A stretch of DNA of 64,000 bases from contig JBKBRF010000022.1 of the NCBI GenBank assembly GCA_046292385.1, forward strand, positions 1-64,000, in the 5' to 3' direction. Origin of the DNA: Armatimonadota bacterium. GTDB taxonomy: Bacteria > Armatimonadota > SYMT01. The notes beneath the pieces are model-generated. The model did no database searches. It saw only the letters and a program-made list of their open reading frames with translations, and was not told the origin of the DNA. Shown here piece by piece: positions 1 to 10,568 of the stretch. Numbering within the stretch: the first letter of the stretch is position 1; each line of letters starts with the position of its first letter. The position numbers and the translations under genes are program-made.

Positions 1-45
1 CCTCCGGCCCTGATTCCGGCTGTAAAGCGAGTACCCGCCCTGCAG

Positions 46-102
46 CCGGCAAAACATACTCTGCGCCCCGGGGCGCACCAACTTTACAGCGTGTGACACA
101 AG
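46..102. mobile_element. Right end of a MITE-like element (same family as 49182-49538); left end lies outside the window
   Basis: AACTTTACAGCGTGTGACA (80-98) followed by CAAG; about 55 bp closely similar to 49488-49542. Confidence 0.65.
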
Positions 103-202
103 CCACCGCACTCCACAGACTATTCCGATCACGGCTCCCGTGAGTCGGGTGGGACTACGCACTCGGTCTGGCCTTCATAGGGCATGGGCTGGCTGAGGAG
201 CC

Positions 203-1591
203 TCACGCCCGCGGGTAAGAAGCCGGGATCTCATTCCCACTCATCCGCTCCGCCTCCGGATCCCACGCCGTGCGCAGCCGTTCCTCCCACTGCCGCAGGA
301 AGACCTGGCGGCAGTACGACTTACTCACCCGCCAGCGGCGGTACGGGTCGCCGCCCACGCCGTCCTGGAAGCGGCGCTTGGGGAAGACCGGCATCCGGAC
401 CCCGGTCACCGCCTCCACTCCCGCCCGCACCACCTCCGCCTTGAGGCCGTAGAGCCGCTCCGCGCTGCCCTCGATCAGCGTCTCGAACGGGATGCGCAGC
501 GAAGCGGCGATGGCGCTGCGGACCGAGTAGGGGCTGAACGAGGTGAAGCCGAACCGCTGGGCGGGCGCGTAGGTGCGGACGTAGGCCCGGGAGAGACCGC
601 CGGAGTAGGTGAGGCTGTGCTTGATCGCGTCGATGCCCCAGCCTTCCTGGTAGAGCAGCGGGTTGCGCAGCACGCTGGAGATCGTGAGATCCGAGTCTTC
701 CAGCGGGTAGCACTTCAGGTTCTCGTCGCCGCCGTCGCCATCCACGAAGTAGCGGAGGTTCGGGTGGCGCTCCCGGATCGAGCGAAGCAGCATGATCGAG
801 ACGGCGGCGCACTCCACGTCGAGCGGGTGGTAGTCCTCGATGGTGGCGATCGCCTCTTCCAGGTCCGGGCGCACGCCGTCCAGCCGGATCGACTCCCAGC
901 ACTGCTCCATCCCCAGCTCGCGCACCCAGCGCTCCGCCTGCGCGGCGTCCTCGCCGCTGCCGAGGTCGAGCGTGAAAACGCGGATCAGCTCCGGGTCGCG
1001 GCCCAGCTCCCGCATCGCCTGGCGCGCCATCAGGAGCACGGAGCCGCTGTCGATGCCGCCGGAAAACGAGAGCGCCACCGGCTCGCCGGCCGGCACCTGC
1101 TCCAGCCAGCCGCGAGTGGCCTGGTAGGCGGCGCGGACGTACGCGGCGCCCAGTTCCGCGAGGTCCGCGGGGCCCTGCGCCACCTCGGGATGGAAGAACC
1201 GGCGGTAGCGGGGATTCGGGTCCGGGCAGCCGACCTGGTCGATCTCCAGCATGTAGTGGGCGGGGACCATCCGCGTGTAGAGCGGGTCGAACTGCCAGCC
1301 GATCTTCTGCCCGCAGCACCAGTGATAGAGGCTGTCGATCCGGTCGCTCACGATCAGGATCGGGCCGTGGAACATCTTGGCCACGAAGTAGCGCAGCGGG
1401 AGCCCGACCGTGCGCGCCAGGCGGACCGTCTGCCCATCCCGGATCACGGCGGCGAAGTGCCCGTCGGTCGCCTCCAGCGTGTCGAGGCGGCCCTCGTCCA
1501 TCGCCTCCACCACCGCCGAAAGCGGCGCGCCGGTAAGGCCCGCCTCTCGGGGTCCGATCAGGTCGAAAAGTCGCTCCACTCCAGCCAGCAC
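203..1591 (-). CDS. Asparagine synthase-related (PP-loop ATP pyrophosphatase) protein
   Basis: SFSGGIDSG PP-loop and DGDGGDE motifs; degenerate N-terminal GATase-like region with no Cys1; GTG start at 1591 with GGAGG upstream. Confidence 0.8.
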   Translation of the reverse strand: MLAGVERLFDLIGPREAGLTGAPLSAVVEAMDEGRLDTLEATDGHFAAVIRDGQTVRLARTVGLPLRYFVAKMFHGPILIVSDRIDSLYHWCCGQKIGWQFDPLYTRMVPAHYMLEIDQVGCPDPNPRYRRFFHPEVAQGPADLAELGAAYVRAAYQATRGWLEQVPAGEPVALSFSGGIDSGSVLLMARQAMRELGRDPELIRVFTLDLGSGEDAAQAERWVRELGMEQCWESIRLDGVRPDLEEAIATIEDYHPLDVECAAVSIMLLRSIRERHPNLRYFVDGDGGDENLKCYPLEDSDLTISSVLRNPLLYQEGWGIDAIKHSLTYSGGLSRAYVRTYAPAQRFGFTSFSPYSVRSAIAASLRIPFETLIEGSAERLYGLKAEVVRAGVEAVTGVRMPVFPKRRFQDGVGGDPYRRWRVSKSYCRQVFLRQWEERLRTAWDPEAERMSGNEIPASYPRA

Positions 1592-1707
1592 AGCGTTACC
1601 CTCCGTGCGCGCCCTCGCTCCACCGGCGGGCGGTCCCACCGCGGCACGCTCCCTGAATCATACGCCGGTGCAATGGGGTTATTGCCGCAGCCGTTCCTGA
1701 AAGCTCT

Positions 1708-2289
1708 TTAAGGAACCGGATGACAGAGGCCCTCGAGCAGCAGCCGGGCGATCCGCTCGGCCATCGCCGCCACCTGGGCCCGCTCCCGGAGCTGCTGCTC
1801 GCTCAGGCTGAACGGCATCAGGCCGTTCGTCGCCAGCAGGAGCGCGCGGGCGGTCGGCAGCGCCTCGTCGAAGACCAGCTCCCCCGCCGCCCGGCCTTCT
1901 TCCAGCACGCGGACCAGCACTTCCGCTTCCCAGGCGAAGTACTGCTGCCGGCGCGGCATGTAGGCGGGACGGATGGCGGCATACAGTTCGTCGAAGATGT
2001 GGGCGTGCGACTGCGCCGAATCGAAGAGCACCAGCACCCGCGCGGAGAGCATCTCCCGCAGCCGCTCCGCGGGGCGGCCGGGGCCGGCGGCGATCGTCTC
2101 CAGCACGTCGACCAGCCGCCGGATCCGCCGGTCGGTCCAGCTGAGGGCGATCTCCTCTTTGCTGGGGAAGTAGAGGTAGATCGTCCCCTTGCCGATCCCC
2201 GCCTCCCGCGCCAGGTCCTCTACGGAGGTCTTCCGGTAGCCGTAACGCGCGAACAGGAGGTCCGCCGCATCCAGAATGCGGTCCCGCAT
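1708..2289 (-). CDS. TetR/AcrR family transcriptional regulator
   Basis: RDRILDAADLLFARYGYRKTSVEDLAREAGIGKGTIYLYFPSKEE HTH; start uncertain. Confidence 0.92.
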   Translation of the reverse strand: MRDRILDAADLLFARYGYRKTSVEDLAREAGIGKGTIYLYFPSKEEIALSWTDRRIRRLVDVLETIAAGPGRPAERLREMLSARVLVLFDSAQSHAHIFDELYAAIRPAYMPRRQQYFAWEAEVLVRVLEEGRAAGELVFDEALPTARALLLATNGLMPFSLSEQQLRERAQVAAMAERIARLLLEGLCHPVP

Positions 2290-2415
2290 TGCGTCACGCA
2301 CGCCGACCCCCGTTTTCTCGAGCGGCTCCGGCAAAGCCGCAAGCAAAGGCTGACCGCTGGGAAGTGACTCCGGGGGAGACCGTGATCTCGCCGGGGCCCC
2401 CACCCTCGCCTCTGA

Positions 2416-4659
2416 CTATTGTCTTTCGTTGCGCGGCTCCACGCCGAGCAGGTGCCGCACGAAGAAGTCCTGCTGGCGCCGTACGCCGTAGGGGCCGCCG
2501 ATGCCGTGGCCGCCGCCGGGCACCACCAGGAGGTCGAAGTCTTTGTCGGCCTTGACCAGCGCGTTCACCACCTGCAGGGTGGAGGCGGGGTCGACGTTGG
2601 TGTCCATCTCTCCCACGATCAGGAGCAGCTTGCCCTGCAAGCGGTGCGCCTGGGTGACGTTCGACTGCTCCGCGTAGTGCGGGCCCACCGGCCAGCCCAT
2701 CCAGAGCTCGTTCCACCAGATCTTGTCGATCCGGTTGTCGTGGCAGCCGCACGTCGCCACGCCGGCCTTGTAGAACTCCGGGTAGATCAGCAGTCCGCGC
2801 AGCGTGCTCTGGCCGCCGGCGGAGCCGCCGTAGAGGCCGACTCGACTGAGGTCGAGATACGGGTACTTCCGCGCGGCGGCCTGGATCCAGAGAATGCGGT
2901 CCGGGAAACCGGAGTCGCCCAGGTTCTTCCAGCAGACGTCGTGGAACGCCTTGCTCCGGCCGCTGGTGCCCATGCCGTCGATCTTCACCACGATGAAGCC
3001 GAGCTCCGCCATCCCCTGCGGGCTGTGGTACGCGGAGAACGCCTTCGGGACGAAGTAGCCCTGCGGACCGGCATAGATGTCTTCCAGCACCGGGTACTGG
3101 CGGGACGGGTCGAAGTTGCTGGGCCGGAAGATGACGCCGTAGATGTCGGTCTTGCCGTCGCGCCCCTTTGCCGTGAACCGCTCCGGGATCTGCCAGCCGG
3201 TGGCGAGGAGCGCGGACCAGTCCCCCCGCTCCAGCTCCCGGATCAGCTTGCCGTCTTCCGCACGGCGCAGCTCAGTTACCGGCGGGAGATCGACGCGGGA
3301 GTAGGTATCCACGTAGAAGCGGCGGTCGGGCGAGTACTGGAGCGTGTGGGTCCCGTCGCCCTCGGTGAGGCGGACCAGGCCGGTGCCGTCGAAATTGATG
3401 CGGCAGTGGTGGACGTAGTACGGGTCCTGCTGCGGATCGATCCCGGCCGCCTGGAACCAGATCTGGCGCTTCTCCGGATCGACCCGCTCCACCTCGCTCA
3501 CGATCCACTCGCCCCGGGTGATCTGGTTCTTCAGGGAGCCGGTCCTGAGATCGAACAGGTAGAGGTGGCACCAGCCGTCCCGCTCCGACATCCAGACCAG
3601 CTCGTCGGTCTCCGGCAGGTACTGCTTGAACTGCTTGTGGGCGTAGTCGATGAAGGTGGGGCTGCGCTCTTCCAGCAGGGTGCGCGCGTCACCGGTGCTG
3701 CCGTCGACGGAGATCAGGCGCAGCACCTGGTGCCCGCGCTGGTTGTAGAGAAAGGTGAAGCGGCTGGAGTCCGGCTCCCACCGCAGCTCGCCGATGCTCC
3801 AGGAGTTCGGGATCAGCTCCTCGGAGACCGGGATCTGCTTTCGAGACTCCAGGTCGAAAAGGCGCGGGCGGCGCTGTGCCAGCTTGTCGCCCGGCTTCAG
3901 GTAGTCGAGCGTGCGGACCTTCGGCTGGAGCTGGTCCGACGGTGACGATTCGACCAGGGTCACCTTCCGCTCGTCGCCGGGGACCGCCTGGATCGCCACC
4001 AGCTTCTTGCCGTCGGGCGACCAGTAGACGCGCTGCTCGTAGCTGTCGTCGGCTTTGCCGTCGGTCGTGAGCGCCCACTCCTCGCCGTCTCGCTCCCGGA
4101 AGTAGAGGTTGTGGTCCCGCAGCACCACCCGCCGGGCCCCGGGTGGTGGGGGCGGCCCCGCCGGTCGTCCGCCCGGTCCCCGGCGGCGGTCCTCCGGCGC
4201 GGGGGGCGCGGGCAGCGGCTCCGCCTCGGCGGCGGTGAAAGCGGTGAGGTCGACCTTCCAGCCCTTCTCCCCGACATTGAACCGGACCCCGTTCTCCTCC
4301 AGCGCGATCCGGTCGAACGGCAGGCGGTCCGCGGTGTAGTCGGTGCCGGCGGCGCGGGAGAGCGCTTCCGCCAGGCGCGCGTGGTCGAACGCAGGCGCGC
4401 GGGTGCCCTTCTCCGCGTCGATCAGGATGAACTCGCGCTTCCCGTCGCCCAGGTCGACCCGGTACCAGAACCGGGAGCCGTCCGGCAGCCAGCTCGGCCG
4501 CACCGCCGCCCGCGCGACCTTGTCCTGCGTCAGCCGGCGGAAGTTGTTCGCCCGCTCGTAGTCCGCCCGGGTCCCCTGCGCCCACCCGGGGAGCGCCGCC
4601 AGCAGCGCGGAGAGCGCGAGGAGCGAGAGAGCCGCATGGCGGGCAGCGCGCGGGAGCAT
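2416..4659 (-). CDS. S9 family (DPP IV-like) peptidase, secreted
   Basis: Signal peptide, DPPIV_N-like propeller, GGSAGG nucleophile, GEMDTNVDP Asp and GGGHG His; RBS GGAGG before ATG 4659. Confidence 0.92.
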   Translation of the reverse strand: MLPRAARHAALSLLALSALLAALPGWAQGTRADYERANNFRRLTQDKVARAAVRPSWLPDGSRFWYRVDLGDGKREFILIDAEKGTRAPAFDHARLAEALSRAAGTDYTADRLPFDRIALEENGVRFNVGEKGWKVDLTAFTAAEAEPLPAPPAPEDRRRGPGGRPAGPPPPPGARRVVLRDHNLYFRERDGEEWALTTDGKADDSYEQRVYWSPDGKKLVAIQAVPGDERKVTLVESSPSDQLQPKVRTLDYLKPGDKLAQRRPRLFDLESRKQIPVSEELIPNSWSIGELRWEPDSSRFTFLYNQRGHQVLRLISVDGSTGDARTLLEERSPTFIDYAHKQFKQYLPETDELVWMSERDGWCHLYLFDLRTGSLKNQITRGEWIVSEVERVDPEKRQIWFQAAGIDPQQDPYYVHHCRINFDGTGLVRLTEGDGTHTLQYSPDRRFYVDTYSRVDLPPVTELRRAEDGKLIRELERGDWSALLATGWQIPERFTAKGRDGKTDIYGVIFRPSNFDPSRQYPVLEDIYAGPQGYFVPKAFSAYHSPQGMAELGFIVVKIDGMGTSGRSKAFHDVCWKNLGDSGFPDRILWIQAAARKYPYLDLSRVGLYGGSAGGQSTLRGLLIYPEFYKAGVATCGCHDNRIDKIWWNELWMGWPVGPHYAEQSNVTQAHRLQGKLLLIVGEMDTNVDPASTLQVVNALVKADKDFDLLVVPGGGHGIGGPYGVRRQQDFFVRHLLGVEPRNERQ

Positions 4660-4888
4660 GTCGACCTCCGGGGTGGAGAAGTGGCGAGACAAGAACGAGC
4701 GGTCCGGACAGTTCGTTCACCTGCCAGCAACCGCGCAGACAGCCGAAAGGAGCCACGGGTCTTAAGCGAGCCCCGGCTCCCTGTTTTCCGAACCTTGAGA
4801 AGGAGAAGGAGAAGGAGCTAGGTTCGGAGGGCTGTCATCCCCTCATCTCCGTTCCCACATCCCCGTATCTCCTTTACAGTCCCGAATC

Positions 4889-6376
4889 TCAGGCGAGGAC
4901 CTGGTGGATCGGCTCCGCCCCCTCTACGCCGACCAGCTTCTGGTCCAGGCCGCCGTAGAAGTAGGTGAGGCGGTTCGGATCGAGGCCCAGGCAGTGCAGC
5001 GCGGTGGCGTGCAGGTGCTTCACGTGGAACGGATCGGTCACCGCCGCGGCGCCGAGCTCGTCGGTCTCGCCGACGCTCACGCCGCCCCGGATGCCGCCGC
5101 CCGCCATCCACATGGTGAAGCCGTAGCTGTTGTGGTCGCGGCCGGTGCCCATCGCGTATTCGGCGGTCGGCTGGCGTCCGAACTCACCGCCCCAGATAAT
5201 GAGCGTCTCGTCCAGCATGCCCCGCTGCTTCAGGTCCTTGATCAGGCCCGCGATCGGCTTGTCGGTCTCCGCAGCGTGGAGGGTGTGGTTGTCGACGATG
5301 TCGTTGTGGGCGTCCCAGGTGGTGTCGACGTGGTTGCCGCCGGAGTAGAGCTGGACGAAGCGGACGCCGCGCTCCACCAGCCGGCGGGCCATCAGGCACT
5401 GCTTGCCGAACACCTCGGAGGTCTTGTCGTTCAGGCCGTACATCTCCTTGACGTGCTCCGGCTCGGAGGAGAGGTCGACCGCTTCCGGCGCCGTCGCCTG
5501 CATCTTGTAGGCCAGCTCGTAGCTGGCGATGCGGGCGGCGAGGTTGCTGTTGTGCACGCGGCTGGCGTTGTGCTCCTCGTTGTACTGCTGGATCGCGTCG
5601 ATCAGCTTCCGCTGCACGCCGTCGCTCTGGCCCTTGGGGCGGTTCAGGTCGAGGATCGGGGTACCCTGGGCGCGCATCAGCGTCGCCTGGTACGTGGCGG
5701 GCATGTAGCCGCTCGCCCAGTTCTTGGCGCCGGAGATCGGGCCGCCGCGCGGGTCGAGCATCACCACGAAGCCGGGGAGGTTCTGGTTCACGGTGCCGAG
5801 GCCGTAGTTCACCCAGGAGCCAAGGCACGGCGCGCCGGAGAGGATCTTCCCGGTGTTCATCTGCAGCATGGCGGAGCCGTGGATCGGCGAGTCGGCCGTC
5901 ATCGAGTGGATGAAGGCGATGTCGTCGACGTGCTGGCCCAGGTGCGGGAAGAGGTCGCTCACGTACTTGCCGCACTCGCCGTATTGCTTGAACTTCCACT
6001 TGGGACCGACGATGCGACCCTCGTTCTTGTGCCCGCCGCGGCCGAACGTCTTCACCTGGATCGTCTTGCCGTCCAGCGGGTAGAGGTTCGGCTTGTAGTC
6101 GAACGTATCCACCTGGCTCGGCCCGCCGTACATATAGAGGAAGATGACCGATTTCGCCTTCGCCTTGAAGTGCGGCTGCTTCGGGGCGAGCGGGTTCTTG
6201 AACGGCGTCTTGCCGTCCGCCGCGTACGCCTGCTGCGCGAAGAACGACTCTTCCAGCAGACCCGCCAGCGCGAGGCCGGTAAAGCCCGCGCCGGTTTCCC
6301 ACAAGAACTGGCGCCGGGTGCGTCCACAGAGCACGCGGGGGCCGGAGCCCACTTTCGGCTGGTTCTCGCTACTCAT
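4889..6376 (-). CDS. DUF1501 domain protein (Tat-exported)
   Basis: TRRQFL Tat motif; GGPSQVDTFDYKP, ARRLVERGVRFVQ, WDAH, GEFGR and GRDH motifs. Confidence 0.9.
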   Translation of the reverse strand: MSSENQPKVGSGPRVLCGRTRRQFLWETGAGFTGLALAGLLEESFFAQQAYAADGKTPFKNPLAPKQPHFKAKAKSVIFLYMYGGPSQVDTFDYKPNLYPLDGKTIQVKTFGRGGHKNEGRIVGPKWKFKQYGECGKYVSDLFPHLGQHVDDIAFIHSMTADSPIHGSAMLQMNTGKILSGAPCLGSWVNYGLGTVNQNLPGFVVMLDPRGGPISGAKNWASGYMPATYQATLMRAQGTPILDLNRPKGQSDGVQRKLIDAIQQYNEEHNASRVHNSNLAARIASYELAYKMQATAPEAVDLSSEPEHVKEMYGLNDKTSEVFGKQCLMARRLVERGVRFVQLYSGGNHVDTTWDAHNDIVDNHTLHAAETDKPIAGLIKDLKQRGMLDETLIIWGGEFGRQPTAEYAMGTGRDHNSYGFTMWMAGGGIRGGVSVGETDELGAAAVTDPFHVKHLHATALHCLGLDPNRLTYFYGGLDQKLVGVEGAEPIHQVLA

Positions 6377-6430
6377 CGCATCTCTCCCACAAGGCCGGAG
6401 CCGTACAACTGCAAATCGTGGTAGTTCCGA

Positions 6431-6526
6431 TTCCGGGGAGTGATCTCCCCGGGTCGGTTCCGCCGGGAGTCAACTCCCGGCGATCAATCTTGCTGGTTCC
6501 GGCGGGAGTGCGCTCCCGCCGGAACC
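6431..6526. repeat. Three tandem related GC hairpins
   Basis: CCGGGGAG-tgat-CTCCCCGG, CGCCGGGAGT-ca-ACTCCCGGCG, GGTTCCGGCGGGAG-tgcg-CTCCCGCCGGAACC. Confidence 0.75.
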
Positions 6527-6553
6527 TAGACCCTAGACCCTAAACCCTGGACC

Positions 6554-9238
6554 CTAATCGAGATAGATGAACTCGTTCAGGTTGAGCGCCACCACGCAGA
6601 ACGACGCAAGGGCATCGTCCGCGGAGAGCTTGTCGTCACTCTGCAGCGACTGGATCAGCTCCACGCCGCGGGTCACTTCCGCCTCGGTCGGGCGGCGCTG
6701 CAGCGTGCGCGTGAGGGCGAGCCGCACCTGCGCCGCGGTGTCGTCGCCCGCCTGCTGCTTCAGGAACCGCGCGAAGGTCCGGGCCTGATCGTTGGTCCAC
6801 TCGCTGTTCAGCATGCCGAGCGCCTGCGTCGGCTGGGTCGTCGCGAAGCGGGACGGGCAGGTGAAGTCGGTGTCGGCTCCGTCGAAGCTGGCGATGATCG
6901 GCGTCACCAGCGAGCGCTTCACGAAGATGTAGACGCTGCGCCGGCGCTGCTCTTCGGCGCTCGACTTGCCCCAGCCCTCACCGGGGCGGGACTGCCCCGC
7001 CAGCACTTCTTCCGGGATGTCTGGGTAGAAGCTCGGACCGCCCGCCTTCAGGTTCAGGCTGCCGTTTACCGCCAGGATCGAGTCCCGGATCTCCTCCGCC
7101 GAGAGCCGCCGCATCGGGAAGCTCCAGAAGAGGTGGTTGTCCGGATCCTTCTTCAGCGCGACCTCGCTGGCGGCCGACGACATCTGGTAGCTCGCCGAGG
7201 TCATGATCAGCTTGTGGAGCGGCTTCAGCTTCCAATCCTGCGCCACCAGCTCGCTCGCCAGCCAGTCGAGCAGCTCCGGATGGGTCGGCTTCTCGCCCTG
7301 GAAGCCGAAGTCGCTGGTGCTGCGCACGATGCCGCGGCCGAAGTGGAACTGCCACACCCGGTTCGCCATCACCCGGGCGGTCAGCGGGTTCTCCGGAGAG
7401 GCGATCCACTTCGCCAGCGCCAGGCGGCGGCCGGAGGTATCGTCATGCGTCCGCTCGATCTGCGGCTGGGGCGGCGCGAGCACGCTGGGGAAGCCCGGCT
7501 CCACCGGATCGCCCTGCACGTGCGGGTTGCCGCGGAGCAGCACGTGGGACGCCCGCGGCTGCTTCTCCTCCGTGACGCAGAGCGCCATCTCCAGGCCGCG
7601 CGGGCGGTCCCGGCGCATCCGGCGGTACTCGCGGGTCGCCGCGGAGTACTGGTCGAACTCATCCTGGGAGACGAGCTTCGGCACCCGCTTCTTCACGATG
7701 TCGAGCCGCGCGAACTCGTTGCGCCACTCCTCCTTCTCCACCGGGATCAGGTCGGACTGGATCTTGCTCTCGGTCGCCTCCAGCTCCTTGCGCTTCGCCT
7801 CGACCTGGGCGTTGTACGCCTCCATCGTCTCGCGGAACTTCTGCTGCTCCTCTTCCGAGGAGATGGTGCGGAGGGAGGCTTCGACCACCGACTCGTGCGA
7901 GCGGACGCCGTACCGGCGGACGCCGGAGAAGAACGACAGCAGCTTGTAGTAGTCCTTCTGCGGCACCGGGTCGATCTTGTGATCGTGGCAGCGCGCGCAG
8001 CCGACGGTGAGGCCGAGGAAGACCTGGCTGGTAGTGCTGAGGATGTCGTCCAGGTCGTCGTAGAGCGCCTGCTGCGGGTCGGCGGGCTCGTCGTCCCAGA
8101 TGCCGAGGCGGTAGTAGCCGGTGGCGATCAGCCGCTCCGGGGTGCGCTCCGGCAGCTCGTCGCCCGCGAGCTGCTCCACCACGAACTGGTTGTACGGCTT
8201 GTCCTGGTTGAAGCTGTCGATCACGTAGTCGCGGTAGCGCCACGCGAACGGCTTGGTGCCGTCCCGCTCGTAGCTGTTGGTCTCCGCGTAGCGCACCAGG
8301 TCTAGCCAGTGCCGGCCCCAGCGCTCGCCGTACTGCGGGGAGGCGAGCAGGCGGTCGATCGCCTTCTCCCAGGCATTCGGGGCGCGGTCGTTGACGAACT
8401 GCTCCACCTCCTCGGAAGTAGGCGGCAGGCCGATCAGGTCGTAGTAGGCCCGGCGGATCAAGGTGGCGCGGCTCGCCGTCGGGTTCGGCTTCAGCCCCGC
8501 CTTCTCCAGCTTTGCGAGGATGAAGATGTCGATCGGATTCTTGACCCACGCCCGGTCCTTGACGGCCGGTACCGCGGGACGCTTCACCTTCTGGAAGCTC
8601 CAGAACTTCATCGTCTCCGGCGTCACCTGCGGCGGCGCGTGCACGTCGTGCTCCGGCTCCAGGCTGGCCGCCTTGCCCTCCGGCCACGGCATCCCGAGCT
8701 CCACCCAGCGGGTGAGCGCCTCGATCTGCTTCGGCGGCAGCTTGCCCTGCGGCGGCATGCGGCGCCCGTCGAAGTGGACCGCCTTCACCAGCAGGCTCTG
8801 GCGCGGGTTGCTGAGCACCACGGAGGGGCCGCTGGCGCCGCCCTTCAGGATCGCGGCGCGGCTCGTCAGCTTCAGCCCGCCCTGCGCGTTCTCGCCGCTG
8901 TGGCAGGCGATGCACTTCGCTTCCAGCACCGGCTTCACTTCCGCGGTAAAGAAGCGCAGCTTCTCGTCGTCGGGGGCGTTGGCAGCGACCGCCGGAGCGG
9001 CCGCCGCCGGCTTCGGCGCCGGCCTGGCGGCGGGCTTCTTTGCGGCGGCGGGCTTCTTCGCGGCGGCCGGCTTGGCCGCCGGCTTCTTCGCGGGCGCGGC
9101 CGGCTTGCCCGGGGCGGCGGCGAGGGCGACCGGGATTACCGTGAGCGCGGAGAAGAGGGAGAGGGCGATCCGCCGCGACTTCCGGGTCCGGCGCTCGCCG
9201 GCCGTATCCTGCTGCTGTGTACCGCGCATGTCTGACAT
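6554..9238 (-). CDS. Planctomycete-type cytochrome c / DUF1549 / DUF1553 (PSD1) protein
   Basis: CIACH heme motif, NPIDIF, YGERWGRHWLDLVRYAET, CARCHDHK, PTHPELLDWLA; Ala/Lys/Pro-rich N-terminal linker. Confidence 0.9.
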   Translation of the reverse strand: MSDMRGTQQQDTAGERRTRKSRRIALSLFSALTVIPVALAAAPGKPAAPAKKPAAKPAAAKKPAAAKKPAARPAPKPAAAAPAVAANAPDDEKLRFFTAEVKPVLEAKCIACHSGENAQGGLKLTSRAAILKGGASGPSVVLSNPRQSLLVKAVHFDGRRMPPQGKLPPKQIEALTRWVELGMPWPEGKAASLEPEHDVHAPPQVTPETMKFWSFQKVKRPAVPAVKDRAWVKNPIDIFILAKLEKAGLKPNPTASRATLIRRAYYDLIGLPPTSEEVEQFVNDRAPNAWEKAIDRLLASPQYGERWGRHWLDLVRYAETNSYERDGTKPFAWRYRDYVIDSFNQDKPYNQFVVEQLAGDELPERTPERLIATGYYRLGIWDDEPADPQQALYDDLDDILSTTSQVFLGLTVGCARCHDHKIDPVPQKDYYKLLSFFSGVRRYGVRSHESVVEASLRTISSEEEQQKFRETMEAYNAQVEAKRKELEATESKIQSDLIPVEKEEWRNEFARLDIVKKRVPKLVSQDEFDQYSAATREYRRMRRDRPRGLEMALCVTEEKQPRASHVLLRGNPHVQGDPVEPGFPSVLAPPQPQIERTHDDTSGRRLALAKWIASPENPLTARVMANRVWQFHFGRGIVRSTSDFGFQGEKPTHPELLDWLASELVAQDWKLKPLHKLIMTSASYQMSSAASEVALKKDPDNHLFWSFPMRRLSAEEIRDSILAVNGSLNLKAGGPSFYPDIPEEVLAGQSRPGEGWGKSSAEEQRRRSVYIFVKRSLVTPIIASFDGADTDFTCPSRFATTQPTQALGMLNSEWTNDQARTFARFLKQQAGDDTAAQVRLALTRTLQRRPTEAEVTRGVELIQSLQSDDKLSADDALASFCVVALNLNEFIYLD

Positions 9239-9272
9239 CCCTGAACCTCGAGGAACGAAGAATACAAAAGCT

Positions 9273-10454
9273 CTAGCCGAGCGAGCCCTGCGCCAGCTCC
9301 GGCACGACCGAATTGGTGACGTGCTCGATCACCGCCGCCACCGCGCCCTGGCGCTTGCTGCCGCGGGCCTGGACGATGCGGCAGTCCGCGAACGAGGGCG
9401 GCAGCGCCCGCCGCCGGGCCTCCTCCACCACCTGCTCGAAGAGCGCCTCGCGCGCGTCGAAGAGCCGGCCGTGCAGGAAGAGGGTCGACGGGTTGAACAG
9501 GTTCACGACCGCGGCGACTCCCAGCCCCAGGTAGCGGGTGATCCGCGCCAGCTCGCTCTCGACGGAGACGGCACCGGAGCGCACCTGCTCTACCGCCTGA
9601 TCGATCGTCACACGAGTCCCAACCTTCTGAGATACGTGCCAGGCGAGGGCGCTGTCACACGCAATCGTCTCCAGGCAGCCGCGGTTGCCGCACCCGCAGG
9701 GCCGGCCCTCCGGCTCCACCGTAACGTGGCCGATCTCCCCCGCCAGCCCGCTGTGTCCCGCCAGCAGCCGCCCGCCGGAGAAGACGCCGAGGCCGACACC
9801 GGTGGCGACGTCCATCATCGCGAAGTCGTCCATCCCCTGCGCGGCGCCGTAGTGGCGCTCCGCCAGGCAGAGCGCGTGCGACTCCTGCACCAGCACGCAG
9901 GGGAGCCCGACCCGCGCCTCCAGGTCGTGCGCCGGCCGGCGGCCGTTGGTGATCGGGAGGTTGGGAGAGAGCACGCCCTGCTGCCGGCGGGAGTCGATGA
10001 GCCCGGGGATGCTGACGCCGATGCCGAGCGTGTTGATGGCGCAGCGGTGGACGAGCGCGGCCACCTGCTCCGCGCAGCGCGCGATCAGCTCCTCGTAGCT
10101 GGACGGCGTCTCGAACGCGGCGGCGCAGTCCTCGCGGAGGAGCCCGTCCAGCCCGGCGGCGACCATCCGGCATTCGCCCGCGTCGATCACTACGCCCAGC
10201 ACCTGCGCCGTCTTGCTCGCCAGCCAGAGCCGCTTGGCGGGCCGGCCGCGGGCGGGCTCGAGGGCGTCCCCCTCCTCCAGGAAGCCGGCGCGCAGGAGCG
10301 AGTCGACCGCCTTCGACGCGGTGGGAGCGCTGATGCCAGAGCGGCGCGCCACCTCCGCGCGTGAAAGCGGCCCGTGCATCCGCAGCGTGCGGAGCACCTG
10401 GCGCTCGTTGATCTTGCTCAGCAGGGCCGGCTGGACGACCGAGAGGTGGGACAT
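9273..10454 (-). CDS. ROK family transcriptional regulator
   Basis: N-terminal HTH (LSRAEVARRSGISAPT); GEIGH...CGCGNRGCLE motif. Confidence 0.92.
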   Translation of the reverse strand: MSHLSVVQPALLSKINERQVLRTLRMHGPLSRAEVARRSGISAPTASKAVDSLLRAGFLEEGDALEPARGRPAKRLWLASKTAQVLGVVIDAGECRMVAAGLDGLLREDCAAAFETPSSYEELIARCAEQVAALVHRCAINTLGIGVSIPGLIDSRRQQGVLSPNLPITNGRRPAHDLEARVGLPCVLVQESHALCLAERHYGAAQGMDDFAMMDVATGVGLGVFSGGRLLAGHSGLAGEIGHVTVEPEGRPCGCGNRGCLETIACDSALAWHVSQKVGTRVTIDQAVEQVRSGAVSVESELARITRYLGLGVAAVVNLFNPSTLFLHGRLFDAREALFEQVVEEARRRALPPSFADCRIVQARGSKRQGAVAAVIEHVTNSVVPELAQGSLG

Positions 10455-10536
10455 GGAACCCCGGGGAGCCTGCGATCGACCGGGGGGCGGCAGGCACTCT
10501 GAGCGGGAGTATAGCGGCACAGCGAGATTTCGTCAG

Positions 10537-10568
10537 CACCTTTAACTAAAGGTCCTTTAGGAAAAGTG
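10537..10568. promoter_or_regulatory. Candidate ROK operator (AT-rich palindrome)
   Basis: CTAAAGG-T-CCTTTAG perfect palindrome at 10546-10560 with CACCTTT/AAAAGTG flanks, about 90 bp upstream of the ROK gene. Confidence 0.5.

Noticed and set aside
203..4659. Lasso peptide locus (Asn-synthetase-like cyclase plus S9 isopeptidase)
   Set aside because: No B1/B2 proteins or recognisable precursor peptide are visible
6431..6526. Tandem palindromes as a mini-CRISPR
   Set aside because: Units are not identical, spacers are only about 8-12 bp, and no cas genes are present
6524..6556. Telomere-like CCCTAAA/CCCTAGA repeats
   Set aside because: Short, degenerate and part of the intergenic heptamer family; the resemblance is coincidental
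8463..10364. Long opposite-strand or alternate-frame ORFs (also 23337-25565, 40016-42178, 46349-48163, 51032-52957, 56408-58240)
   Set aside because: Shadow ORFs expected in high-GC DNA, overlapping well-supported genes and lacking motifs
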